This document shows, piece after piece, positions 19,098-28,796 of a stretch of 39,828 bases of DNA. A model generated the notes under the pieces. The model made no database searches. It was not told the DNA's origin and saw only the letters and a program-made list of their open reading frames with translations. The stretch is taken from contig CAVXXK010000013.1 in the NCBI GenBank assembly GCA_963765675.1, positions 1 to 39,828 of the forward strand. Direction: 5' to 3'. Numbering within the stretch: position 1 is the stretch's first letter; every line of letters begins with the position of its first letter. The translations under genes were made by a program, and so were the position numbers. Source of the stretch: an uncultured delta proteobacterium (lineage in GTDB: Bacteria > Desulfobacterota > Binatia > Binatales > Binataceae).

Positions 19098-21549
19098 TCA
19101 AGGTGACGCGGAGCGGGCTGCCTGTCCCAGCGGAATCCGGATTCCGCCGTATAGCGCGCGGCGGGGTCCAAACGACGGCGAGAAAACTCCGATGCCGGTG
19201 CCGTTGCGGATTTCGTAGCTGTGATCGAACACGTTGATGACAGCGACGCGCCCCTCGACCGGACCGAATTGCGGCACCTTGAACTTGTGCACGACGCCGG
19301 CGTTGAATTGCAGGATTGGCGGCAGCTCTCCTGAATTGGCGAAGCCGCGACGATAACCGCTGCCCCAGATCGCATCCGCCGTGAGCAGAAATCCAAACAG
19401 ATTGTAAGACGCACCGCCCGAGCCGACGAACATCTGGTTGTCGTCGAGCGTCACCCAATGTTTCGCGATATAGCTGATCTCGTCGGCGTCGTCGGCGAGG
19501 AAAGCGCCCGCATCGATGTTCTTCGCCTGCAGGACCGAGTAAGCGAAGTTGAAATACGCTGTGAACGGCTCGGCGTGATAGATCAGGCTTAAGCTCGAGC
19601 CCCACGCGCGGCTCTGCGAATAGCTCAGCGGCGCGGTAACGACGCTGCCGGCGAGTTGCGCAAGGTCAAGCTGGTCCTTTCCGATCTTGTAGAAGCCGTC
19701 CACTCCCGCATTGAGACCCTCGACGATGCGCTGGCGGATGCCCGCGTCGAAGTAGTCGTCGCGCTCGGCCGGGATACGGTCGTTGCCGCTGTTGACCGGC
19801 GCGGCATTGGTGGTGTTGGCGAAGAGTTTGACCGTCTCGAGCGCGACCTGGTCGAACGGCGGAACCTTGAAGTAGCGCGCGTAGCCGCCGTGCAGGATGG
19901 TGCCGGCAAACAATGCGTACTCAATTCCCACGCGCGGGCTGAACTGATTCTGGGTGACGAATGCGCTCATCAAGTCCCATCGCGAGCCGATGTTGATGGT
20001 CAGCTTCTCGGTCGGATGCCATTCGTTCTGAGCATAGAATCCCAGCAGCCACGCGATCTGATTATGGTCATCGACGATCGAGATGGGAGTGGTGCCGGTC
20101 TGCACCCCGTCTTTCGCCGGGAAGGTCTGCGCATGATCGTCGAGCTCGATAGCCTCGCTGCTGAAATAAAATCCCGCGCGCAATCGTGTCGTTGGAGCTG
20201 AGGCGGTAGCTGGTGTCTTCCTGCAATCCGCTGATGAAGCTGGTGTGCAGAATCTTCGCAGCGACTCCATTGTAGATAAGATTGCCTGCCGGATCGGGAT
20301 TGTAGGTCAACGAGTAGTAACGGCTGAATGCCGCTAGCTGATAGGTGGTATCCGCGCCGATCGATCCCTGGAGCGACACGATGTCGTAGTAGCTCTGCTC
20401 GAACTCGCTTTCACGAACGTTCGCGGACGGATAGCTCGGCACGCCGCTCAGCTCGTATTGCTGCGGGATGCCCGGCTCGGGCGGAATCTGGAAGTGGTTT
20501 ACCGAGGTGCCCGCGATCAGCGAGAGCCGCGTCGTGGGATTGATCAGCCACGACAGGTTGGCGAACCCTTGGCCCTGGTAAGTGCGGTCGTTATTCGGAT
20601 CCGGGCTCGAGGTTGGCGATTGCAGTCCGAGATCGCTCTGCAGATAGAATCCGCTCACGTAGTAGCTGAAGCGCCCTTCGCATCCGCCCATCTCGAAGCT
20701 CGGCTGCATCGTGGTGTGCTGGCCGCCGGCGAAGGAGAAGTTATTGTTGCTCGGGCCGCCGCTGGAACATCCGTCCTTGGTGTGAATGTCGATCACGCCC
20801 TCGTTACGCCATCCGAACTGCGCGGGCAGCACGCCGGTCAGCAGCGTGATGCTGTTCACGAAACGGGGACTGAAAAGCTCGCCGAAGCTGGTGACGGCCT
20901 CGGGCAGGAATACGCCGTTTACACGGTATTGAACGCCGCCGCCGTTCTCGCCGTTGATGTGGATCTGCTCCTGACCCTGACCGTAACTGTCCTGGCTGAC
21001 GCCCGGCGCTTGTTGCAGCACTTGCGCGAGCGCGGTGTCCTGTCCTTCGGGCAGGCGCTGAATTGCGGGTTGATCGAACCGGTATGCGGTGCTTCCGGTT
21101 TCGGGCGAGAGATCGTTGCGCGCACGATTGAGCTGGGCGGTCACTCCCTGCAAGGTCAACGCCCCGCTCGATTTCATCGCGAGCACGATCGGTGCTGGAC
21201 TCGAAACGGCGGCGATCGTGACCACACGCTGCGCACTTTCAAACTCCGCGTGGTCGACGGAGAGCTGATAGGTTCCGGGATTGAGCTCCAGCGCGAAGTT
21301 GCCGGCTGCATCAGTTCGCGATTGCGCGGCGGTGACTCCACTTGCGGATTGGATCCGAACAACTGCGCCCGCGATTGGCTTGCCGATCGAATCGACAACC
21401 GAGCCGGAGAGGTGGCGAGTCTGGGCACCGCGGGACTGACTGGCCGGAGCGGCTGCGGCGTATTGCGGGAACATCACGCTCGCGAGAATCGCGAGTAACG
21501 CGCACGCGTGATAGAAGATGTGAGGAATACGCCACCCGAAGCCGAGCAT
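19098..21549 (-). CDS. TonB-dependent receptor with N-terminal carboxypeptidase-regulatory-like domain (+1 frameshift near 20184)
   Basis: Signal peptide, LSGSVVDSIGKPIAGAVV..PGTYQL, plug (QQAPGV, YRVNGV, GVIDIHTK), barrel strands (FSPRVG, NVFD..Y, GPRRALYGGIR); ORFs 20068-21549 and 19098-20270 join. Confidence 0.9.
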
Positions 21550-21577
21550 CTAATCTACCAACAGCGAGTTCGCAACA

Positions 21578-21862
21578 ATGAGAGCCCCATACGCCGCCGC
21601 ACTGACACTTTCAATTTGGTACATGCTGATGCCGCCGATATCGAAAGGCGGCAACATCGAAGTGAACGCGCCACTCCAGCAATGGCAGCGCAACTTCGTA
21701 TACAGCGTCAAGGGCAGTTGTATCGCCGAACTCGAGACGGAAATCGGCCATGCCGCCAAAGATCCCGCCGCATCGGCCACCTTGCGCCGTCTCAAAGCGT
21801 CGATCTGCGTCCCGGACGACGATCCCCGGCTGGGCGCGGCTAAATCCGATTCATCCAAATAG
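21578..21862 (+). CDS. Small exported hypothetical protein
   Basis: Hydrophobic N-terminus, then WYMLMPP..APLQQW..C..CVPDDDPRL; two Cys suggest a disulfide. Confidence 0.65.
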   Translation: MRAPYAAALTLSIWYMLMPPISKGGNIEVNAPLQQWQRNFVYSVKGSCIAELETEIGHAAKDPAASATLRRLKASICVPDDDPRLGAAKSDSSK

Positions 21863-21876
21863 GATCCCGCGACGGA

Positions 21877-23952
21877 TCATTTCGTTGGCGGCGAAACGGA
21901 TCCCAGGTTGCCCGGTAGACCAGCCATCGGAGCAGAACTCGAGGTCGCGATGGCGGTTACTGCCTGGCTTGAGGGCGCGGTTGCTCCTTTGATCGCGGTG
22001 AAATTCAAATGAAAAGTTGCGCTCTTCTTTGCAGGGATCTTGAACGGTGATTTGAATGTGAACACGGTCTGCGCCGCCGGTGGTTTCGCCTGTGCGGAGC
22101 GTGATGCGGTTTCATGCGTGGCCCTCAAACCGGCCGATTTGAACATCGACGCGTTGCTGAATGTCACGGTCACCGAACCAACCGTCTCGGCGCCGCCGGT
22201 GCCGTTGGTCAGCGTGAAAGTGCCGCCGTTGCGCGACGCTCCCGGGTGCGCGATGCCGGTTACCGTGTGCGTCACAGTCACCACGTTTTCCGGGCTCGGC
22301 GTCGGCATCGGCGTCGGCGTCGCGGTGCTGGTGGGCGTGGGACCGGAACCGGAAAGCAGTCCGTACACCGCAAGCCGAGACTGCGTGCCGACATAAACTT
22401 TTCCATTGGCGACGGTAGGGACCGCGAATTTGTTGTAGGTTCCAGCCGTGTCCCGACTCGAGTTCTGCGAGCTGTCATACAGTTCGCTGCTGATGTTCGA
22501 GGCGTCGAGCGCATACAGCACCGCGAGGTTGCTGATGTTGCCGATCATCCAGACAATCCCGTTTGCGGTTCCATCGGCAGAAATCGACGGAGTCGCGCCG
22601 GGCCACGGGAAAGTCACAGCGAAGGTCTGGACCGGCGAAGCCGACAGCAATCCATTGCTGAGCGAGTATTGCTGCGGCATTGCGCTAGCGGGAGCAACGT
22701 AGATGTTGCTGTTGAAATAAGCGGGTGTGCTGAACGAGGATCCAACGCTGGAATTCTCCTGGATCACGTTGTCGCTGTTGCCGGGACCCGTCTGATACCC
22801 ACCCATCGCATCACGGTTGACCATATAGAGCTCGCCCGCCTTGCCCACCCCCACTGCAAGATGCGTTGGCGCAGTAGGTTGATCCGGCAGCAGCATCAAG
22901 GCGCCCGACCCAAGATCCTGATCGTTCGCGAAGAGACTCGCCTGGTTATTGGGAGTGAAATAGCTGTTGACCTTGAAACTACTGCCTGAGGGAGTCAGCC
23001 GCAGGAAGCTATCGCCGTAATCGACTCCGCCCGTGACATTGGCGTCGAAAGTGCCATTGCCGCTAGAGAAGTAAATGTCGCCACTGGCATCGGTCGCCAG
23101 GCCCCCGCCGGCCATCCAGATGCCGCCATCAGTGCCATTTGGATCGACGCTGTACAGCGCCACCTGTGAGAGCGAGGTTTTGTTATAGCCAAGAACCCAG
23201 CCGTTGTAGGGACCGAAGTCGCAGTGCGACGAAAACGCCATGTAGAGCACGCTGCCGTCGAGCAGCAAAGCGGAGCGCTGATTATTGAAGAAAGCTGAGA
23301 GTGAGATCTGCCCATTAGGATTCGCGTTGGGGCCGGTGCTCGGTACTGAACCCTGAATCACGACCGGAGAGGTTCTCTCCTCGGACCCGTTGGTGATGTC
23401 CAGCGCGTGCAGGCGGTACATGTAGCTGCCATCGGTTTCCTTGGTGGCGGCCGTTACGTACAAGATATTGGTAGCAGGATCGATCACGCCGGTGCTGGTG
23501 CTTCCAATCAGCGGCGTCAGATCGCCGCAGCCAGTATCACTGGCAGGTATCGGAACCTCGCCCTTCGTCAAAAGACTGGTGTGCCACAAGGGTGATCCGG
23601 CGGTGTCAGCATCGAAGGCGTAGACACTGTCGTTTTCGGTCGTGACGATTACGATATTGTGGGTACCCTGACCGCGAATCGCCACCGAGGGTACGTACAG
23701 CGGCTGCGCATAGATTTGAGCGTCAACAGCCGCAGTGAACAAGAGACCGAACTGAGCGGTGTTAACGTTGGAGGGCGTCAGGATCGTTTCGGAAAGATTC
23801 TGGCCGGTGCGAAGATTGTCATTGTGATAAGTAAGGACACCGGCGAACGAAGCAGCTTCCCCGACCGTGGGGTGAGATAGGAAGAGCAGAAATAGCAGCG
23901 CCAGCGCGACGCCTGAGACCGGTTTACAACGCCACCAATTCCTTCTCGTCAC
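21877..23952 (-). CDS. Secreted PQQ-like beta-propeller protein with Pro/Thr linker and C-terminal beta domain
   Basis: Signal peptide, VLTYHNDNLRTGQN.SETILTPSNVN, AQPLYV, ENDSVYAFDAD, GGIWMAGGG, DQDLGSG, KFAVPTVANGKVYVGT, then GPTPTSTATPTPMPTPSP. Confidence 0.85.
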   Translation of the reverse strand: MTRRNWWRCKPVSGVALALLFLLFLSHPTVGEAASFAGVLTYHNDNLRTGQNLSETILTPSNVNTAQFGLLFTAAVDAQIYAQPLYVPSVAIRGQGTHNIVIVTTENDSVYAFDADTAGSPLWHTSLLTKGEVPIPASDTGCGDLTPLIGSTSTGVIDPATNILYVTAATKETDGSYMYRLHALDITNGSEERTSPVVIQGSVPSTGPNANPNGQISLSAFFNNQRSALLLDGSVLYMAFSSHCDFGPYNGWVLGYNKTSLSQVALYSVDPNGTDGGIWMAGGGLATDASGDIYFSSGNGTFDANVTGGVDYGDSFLRLTPSGSSFKVNSYFTPNNQASLFANDQDLGSGALMLLPDQPTAPTHLAVGVGKAGELYMVNRDAMGGYQTGPGNSDNVIQENSSVGSSFSTPAYFNSNIYVAPASAMPQQYSLSNGLLSASPVQTFAVTFPWPGATPSISADGTANGIVWMIGNISNLAVLYALDASNISSELYDSSQNSSRDTAGTYNKFAVPTVANGKVYVGTQSRLAVYGLLSGSGPTPTSTATPTPMPTPSPENVVTVTHTVTGIAHPGASRNGGTFTLTNGTGGAETVGSVTVTFSNASMFKSAGLRATHETASRSAQAKPPAAQTVFTFKSPFKIPAKKSATFHLNFTAIKGATAPSSQAVTAIATSSSAPMAGLPGNLGSVSPPTK

Positions 23953-24188
23953 TATTGTTTAGTCTCCTTCTATTCTTCCTCGGTCGCCTTTATCTTCCCC
24001 GATTCTGCCGTGCAGGTAAATGCTACAATCCGATACTCGTGAGACGACGGTCGCTCACTTTGCTAATCTGTGACAGGATTTGCTTCCTTGCGAGTGAATT
24101 TGGTTCCGGCTAGCATTCGAAGCGTCAAGCGCCGAGGCATCCTTTTCACAATCGGTGTCCGCTTCATCCAGGTCGAACGAATTACGCG

Positions 24189-25007
24189 GTGGATTCAGAG
24201 GAACCGGATACGGCACCCGATCGCAATCGGGGAATATTGGTGCCCGTCGCGAATCCGGAAGGCGTCGCTCCGCTGCTCTCTATAGCCTTCGCGGCGGGTG
24301 AGGCTGACGACCCTCCGGTGCAGGTGCTCGCGCTGGTACGGCCTGCCGGCTCCGGTCATTCCGCCGCGCCCAGCTCCGCAGCGCTTGACGTCGCGATAGC
24401 GTACGCGCGGGCGCGAAGCGTCCAAATTTCATCCCAGGCTATCTGGTCGGCGGATGCTGCACAGGACATCCTGGCGACCGCACAGAGCGCCGGCGTTGCC
24501 TGGATCGTCCTTGGGTATCATCGCGCGATTTCCGGGGCTATTTCCGCCGGCGGCGCGATGGGTGGCGTCGTGCACGAGGTTCTGGCGCGCGCTAAAACAC
24601 TACCGATCAATATCGGAGTGTTTGTGCAGGGAACTGCTCATCCGTTCGAGCGCGTCTATGCGGCGTTCGATTCGAGTCCCGACGGACAAGCCGCGCTTGG
24701 GCTCGCGGTGCGCATCGCGCGTCCAACCCACGCCAAGCTGCGCGCCCTGATGGTCTCGGGACGGGTCGAGAATACCGGCGACGAGCTGCTCGACATGGTT
24801 CACGATGCGCGCAAGAAGCTCGGCCGGCAATTCCACTCCGACGTGCTCGGCGAGCGAAGTCTAAAGCAGTTATTCAAGCAGACGCCCGGGCGGCTGCTGA
24901 TCGTGGGCAAGAAATTTGCCGACGAAGTCGCGATGCCGCTGGACGAAGTGCCGGGCGAGGATCGCTGCGTGATCGTCGTGCAGGGTGCGAACGCTGCTGG
25001 TGAATAA
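24189..25007 (+). CDS. Tandem universal-stress-protein-like domain protein
   Basis: ILVPVANP, DILATA..WIVLGYHR..MGGVVHEVL, RVYAAFDSSPDGQAAL.LA; resembles cytoplasmic tails of cation:proton antiporters. Confidence 0.7.
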   Translation: MDSEEPDTAPDRNRGILVPVANPEGVAPLLSIAFAAGEADDPPVQVLALVRPAGSGHSAAPSSAALDVAIAYARARSVQISSQAIWSADAAQDILATAQSAGVAWIVLGYHRAISGAISAGGAMGGVVHEVLARAKTLPINIGVFVQGTAHPFERVYAAFDSSPDGQAALGLAVRIARPTHAKLRALMVSGRVENTGDELLDMVHDARKKLGRQFHSDVLGERSLKQLFKQTPGRLLIVGKKFADEVAMPLDEVPGEDRCVIVVQGANAAGE

Positions 25008-25094
25008 AGCGCCGCGGCGGCGCCGCATGCTTTCCCTTCATCCCATCCTTTGCTAAACGGTCGGTATGTTCGATCCCGTTCCAGGAGAAACAGC

Positions 25095-26360
25095 GTGGAT
25101 TTTCAGATTCCGGCCGACGTTACCGCCTACCTGAAAGAACTTGACGATTTTATCGAGCGCGAGATCAAGCCGCTCGAACGTGAAAACGACAATATCCGGT
25201 TCTTCGACCATCGCCGCGAATGGGCCCGCACCGATTTCGAGAACGGCGGCCTCCCGCGCCATGATTGGGAAGAGCTGCTGCGCGAGATGCGCAGGCGCGC
25301 TGACAAAGCCGGCCATTACCGCTACGCGCTGCCGCGCGAATACGGCGGCAAGGACGGCACCAACCTCGCGATGGCGGTGATTCGCGAGTACCTGGCGGCC
25401 AAGGGGCTCGGCCTTCACAACGACCTGCAGAACGAGAACTCGATCGTCGGCAACATGCCGACCGTCCTGATGTTCCGCGACTTCGGCACTCCCGAACAGA
25501 AAAAGGAATGGATTCCCAAGCTGCTCGACGGCACCATGCGCATCGCGTTCGGCCTGACCGAGCCCAATCACGGCTCCGATGCGACCTGGATGGAAACGCG
25601 GGCGGTTCGCGACGGCGACCAGTGGGTGATCAACGGCGCCAAGATGTGGAACACCGGCGTCCACGCCGCGACCCACGATTTTATTTTCGCGCGCCACAGC
25701 AACCGCGACGGCAGCGCACGCGGAATCGGATGCTTTCTCGTTCCGACCGATAGCCCGGGCTTCAAGATCGAAGAGTACCTGTGGACCTTCAACATGCCGA
25801 CCGATCATCCGCGCATCTCGCTGACCAACATCCGTATTCCGGCGGGCGAAGTGCTGGGCGATCTCGACAACGGCTTGGCGGTCGCGCAGCACTTCGTGCA
25901 CGAAAACCGCATCCGGCAGGCCGCGTCGTCGCTGGGGGCGGCGCAGTTCTGCATCAACGAGGCCGTCAAGTACGCCAAGGAGCGTAAACCGTTCGGCAAG
26001 CCGCTCGCGCAGAATCAGGCGATCCAGTGGCCTCTGGTCGAGCTGCACACTGAGGCCGCGATGCTGCGCACGCTCATCCACAAGACCGCCTGGGAGATGG
26101 ACCAGATGTCCAAGCCCGAGGTCGCGCTCAGGCTGTCGGACAAAGTCGCGATGTGCAATTACCGCGCGAATCGGCTGGTGTGCGAGGCGGCGGACCGCGC
26201 GATGCAGGTGCACGGCGGAATGGGATACTCGCGCCACAAACCGTTCGAGCATATTTATCGGCATCATCGCCGCTACCGGATCACCGAAGGTTCCGAGGAG
26301 ATCCAGATGCGCCGCGTAGCGCAGATCCTGTTCGGCTTCGGGCATCGCGAAGCGCAGTGA
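25095..26360 (+). CDS. Acyl-CoA dehydrogenase family protein (LvaC/ACAD11-like)
   Basis: AFGLTEPNHGSDA, WVINGAKMW, GKPLAQNQAIQW, DRAMQVHGGMG, RYRITEGSEEIQ; GTG start with AGGAG RBS. Confidence 0.95.
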   Translation: MDFQIPADVTAYLKELDDFIEREIKPLERENDNIRFFDHRREWARTDFENGGLPRHDWEELLREMRRRADKAGHYRYALPREYGGKDGTNLAMAVIREYLAAKGLGLHNDLQNENSIVGNMPTVLMFRDFGTPEQKKEWIPKLLDGTMRIAFGLTEPNHGSDATWMETRAVRDGDQWVINGAKMWNTGVHAATHDFIFARHSNRDGSARGIGCFLVPTDSPGFKIEEYLWTFNMPTDHPRISLTNIRIPAGEVLGDLDNGLAVAQHFVHENRIRQAASSLGAAQFCINEAVKYAKERKPFGKPLAQNQAIQWPLVELHTEAAMLRTLIHKTAWEMDQMSKPEVALRLSDKVAMCNYRANRLVCEAADRAMQVHGGMGYSRHKPFEHIYRHHRRYRITEGSEEIQMRRVAQILFGFGHREAQ

Positions 26361-26390
26361 CGGCGTCGCGCGCGGCCGGTTCGTATCAAC

Positions 26391-27401
26391 GTGAGCGACA
26401 GTGATTTTGAGAACCGTCTCGGCGCGGTTGTGGCCCGCAGGATCGGCGCGCCCGGCACGATCCACGGCCTGCAGCGGCTGACCGGCGGCGCCAACAAGAC
26501 CACCTGGTCGTTCGATGCCGACGTCGGCAGCCGCCGCGAGGAATTTATCGTGCAGCTCTCGAGCGCCGGCGCGGTCGATCAGCCAAATCCGCTGGCCGAT
26601 ATCTCTCCGCACATAACCGGCGACCAGGATGCGCTCATAATGATCGCGGCCGTACGCGGGGGCGTTCCCGCGCCGCGGGTGCGCGCAATTCTCGAACCCT
26701 CAGATGGCCTCGGTCCGGGCTATATCACCGAGAGAGTGGCGGGCGAGACGCTCGGGCCGAAGATCGTACGCGACGAAAAATTCGCGCATGCGCGCTCGAT
26801 CATGACCGCGCAATGCGGCAAGATTCTGGCCGCGATCCACCGAATCGATCTGGCCGAGGTTCCTTTTCTGCCGTATCAGGACGCGGAGCAACTGGTGGCG
26901 GCTCAGTATCGAATCGCCGATTACTACGGACTGCGGCATCCGGCGGTCGAGCTCGGGCTCAAGTGGTCGGCCGAGAACGCGCCGAAAAATCCGCGGCGGA
27001 CGGTGGTTCACGGCGATTTTCGTACCGGAAATTTTATTGTCGGCGAGAACGACGGTATCCGCCTGCTGCTCGATTGGGAGATCGCGCAGAGCGGCGATCC
27101 GATGCAGGACCTCGGATGGGTCTGCGTCAAAACCTGGCGCTTCGGCGGCCGCGGCCCGGTCGGAGGATTCGGGAAGCGCGAGGATCTGTTCGCCGCGTAC
27201 GAGAAGGCGGGTGGGGCGCGTGTCGATCCCAAGGCCGTCCGTTTCTGGGAGGGATTCGGTTGCGTCAAGTGGGCAATAGGATGCCTGCGCATGGGGATGC
27301 GCGGAATCGAAGAAACCGGAATCGAGCGGTGCGCGATCGGCAGGCGTATCGAGGAACCGCTGTGGGATTTCCTGACCTTGATCGAAGGCCGCGACGAGTG
27401 A
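26391..27401 (+). CDS. APH-family phosphotransferase (LvaA-like)
   Basis: RLTGGANKTTW, GVPAP.V, LAAIHRI, VHGDFRTGN, LLDWE..GDPMQDLGW, WRFG. Confidence 0.92.
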   Translation: MSDSDFENRLGAVVARRIGAPGTIHGLQRLTGGANKTTWSFDADVGSRREEFIVQLSSAGAVDQPNPLADISPHITGDQDALIMIAAVRGGVPAPRVRAILEPSDGLGPGYITERVAGETLGPKIVRDEKFAHARSIMTAQCGKILAAIHRIDLAEVPFLPYQDAEQLVAAQYRIADYYGLRHPAVELGLKWSAENAPKNPRRTVVHGDFRTGNFIVGENDGIRLLLDWEIAQSGDPMQDLGWVCVKTWRFGGRGPVGGFGKREDLFAAYEKAGGARVDPKAVRFWEGFGCVKWAIGCLRMGMRGIEETGIERCAIGRRIEEPLWDFLTLIEGRDE

Positions 27402-27423
27402 GCCGCAAGGAAGTGATTCGATA

Positions 27424-27780
27424 ATGCCACGCAGCATGCCCGATGCCCCGACCTTGCTGGGTGCGGCGGTGAAATATCTCGAAGAAGAGTTGATGCCGAC
27501 GCTTACGGGGTATCATCGCTTCAAAACTCGCGTGACGATCAACGCACTCAACGTCGTCCGGCGCGAGGCCGAACTGCGCGCCGCGCAGGCCGATGCCGAG
27601 CTCCGGCGGCTGACCGCGATTCTCGGACACGGCGGCGAGCTCGAAGCGCTCAGCGCCGAGCTCGCGCAGCGTATTCGCGAAGGAGCGATCAGCGTCGACG
27701 ATCCCGCGATGCGAGCGCATGTGCGGCAATCGCTGGCTGACGCGCTCGCGATCAACAATCCGAAATGGTTGGACCGCTGA
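27424..27780 (+). CDS. Small helical protein (DUF6285/LvaB-like)
   Basis: PDAPTLL.A...L, F.TRV..NAL....RE, LAQRIREG, LAINNPKW; directly after the phosphotransferase. Confidence 0.82.
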   Translation: MPRSMPDAPTLLGAAVKYLEEELMPTLTGYHRFKTRVTINALNVVRREAELRAAQADAELRRLTAILGHGGELEALSAELAQRIREGAISVDDPAMRAHVRQSLADALAINNPKWLDR

Positions 27781-27914
27781 TCTCGAACATCCTTCGGTCT
27801 CCTGCGGGACCAAATTCATCTTTCCAAAGCCTCTCGGAAGCAGCGCCGTACTGATATCCTGTGCGCCGCGGACATTCAGATTCGCCAGCGAAAGAGAGGG
27901 GAGGACAGCCGAAC

Positions 27915-28706
27915 GTGAAATCAAGCATGCGCGCAAGCGCAGATTCGCGGCGGAATCGATTGGTGTGCCTGGCGATGGCGGTGATGCTCGCGGGTTGCGC
28001 GAGCGCGTCCGTCACGCCGGATTCGAGCGGACCTCCGCCCGTCGCGGCGTCATCGATGCGGCCCGGGCGGATAGTGGTGGACGATTTCGCGTTCTCGGCG
28101 TCGCAGGTTTCCGAGAATACCGCGATCGGCGCGCGAATCTTGAACAGCTTTTCCAGCACTCCGGCGGAGCAGCGCGAGGATGCTATCGGCAAGGAAGCGG
28201 CCGACGCGCTGGCGGCGGAAGTCGCCAAGCAGCTCGGCGACCTGGGCTTCGCGGTGATTCGTGGAAACTCCACCACGGTCTATGCCGAGGGCGATCTGCT
28301 GATCGACGGAGAGTTTCTAAATGTCGACGAAGGGAATCGCTTGCGCAGGCTGGTAATCGGATTTGGCGCCGGCGCCTCGAAGCTCGACACGCAGGTTAAC
28401 GTCTATCGCATCACCGCCGGCGCGCGGCAGTCGCTCTTGCAATTCACCACTCACGCCGACAGCGGCAGGATGCCCGGCGCCGCGGTGACGATGGGCGCAG
28501 GAGCGGCAGCCCAAGGCGGAGCAACTGTGGGGATGGCGGCCGCCAGCGCCGGTATGGGCGGTGCCAAGACCTACACTTCGCAGGTCGGTTACCTGAGCGA
28601 CAAGACCGCCGACCAGGTGGTCGCTTATCTTTCACAGTACTTTGCCCAGCAGGGATGGATCTCGCCCGATCAGGCGCAGAAGGTAAAGCTGTCTGACGCT
28701 CCCTGA
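27915..28706 (+). CDS. DUF4410-like lipoprotein
   Basis: Lipobox MLAGC, IVVDDF, VDEGNRLRRLVIGFGAGAS, SGRMPGAA, YFAQQGWI; GTG start with GGAGG RBS. Confidence 0.82.
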   Translation: MKSSMRASADSRRNRLVCLAMAVMLAGCASASVTPDSSGPPPVAASSMRPGRIVVDDFAFSASQVSENTAIGARILNSFSSTPAEQREDAIGKEAADALAAEVAKQLGDLGFAVIRGNSTTVYAEGDLLIDGEFLNVDEGNRLRRLVIGFGAGASKLDTQVNVYRITAGARQSLLQFTTHADSGRMPGAAVTMGAGAAAQGGATVGMAAASAGMGGAKTYTSQVGYLSDKTADQVVAYLSQYFAQQGWISPDQAQKVKLSDAP

Positions 28707-28796
28707 TCCGAAGCTGAGCTTTGCTGAAGATCGTAGTTGCGGCAGACCGAACCATATTGTAAGAACAGCCAACTTATCAGCGCACAGGGAGATCAG

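Noticed and set aside
3280-20200. Programmed frameshifting or phase variation in GDPD, nadB or the TonB receptor
   Set aside because: No convincing slippery heptamers or long homopolymer tracts at the shift sites; the same indel pattern affects unrelated genes.
21550-21858. 102-aa minus-strand ORF that would bridge the propeller and receptor genes
   Set aside because: The plus-strand ORF has a signal-like N-terminus and a motif pattern, while this one shows no protein-like features; not fully excluded.
22290-22350. Short tandem repeats (GGCGTC/GGCATC units)
   Set aside because: They encode the Pro/Thr linker; not a CRISPR array or independent repeat.
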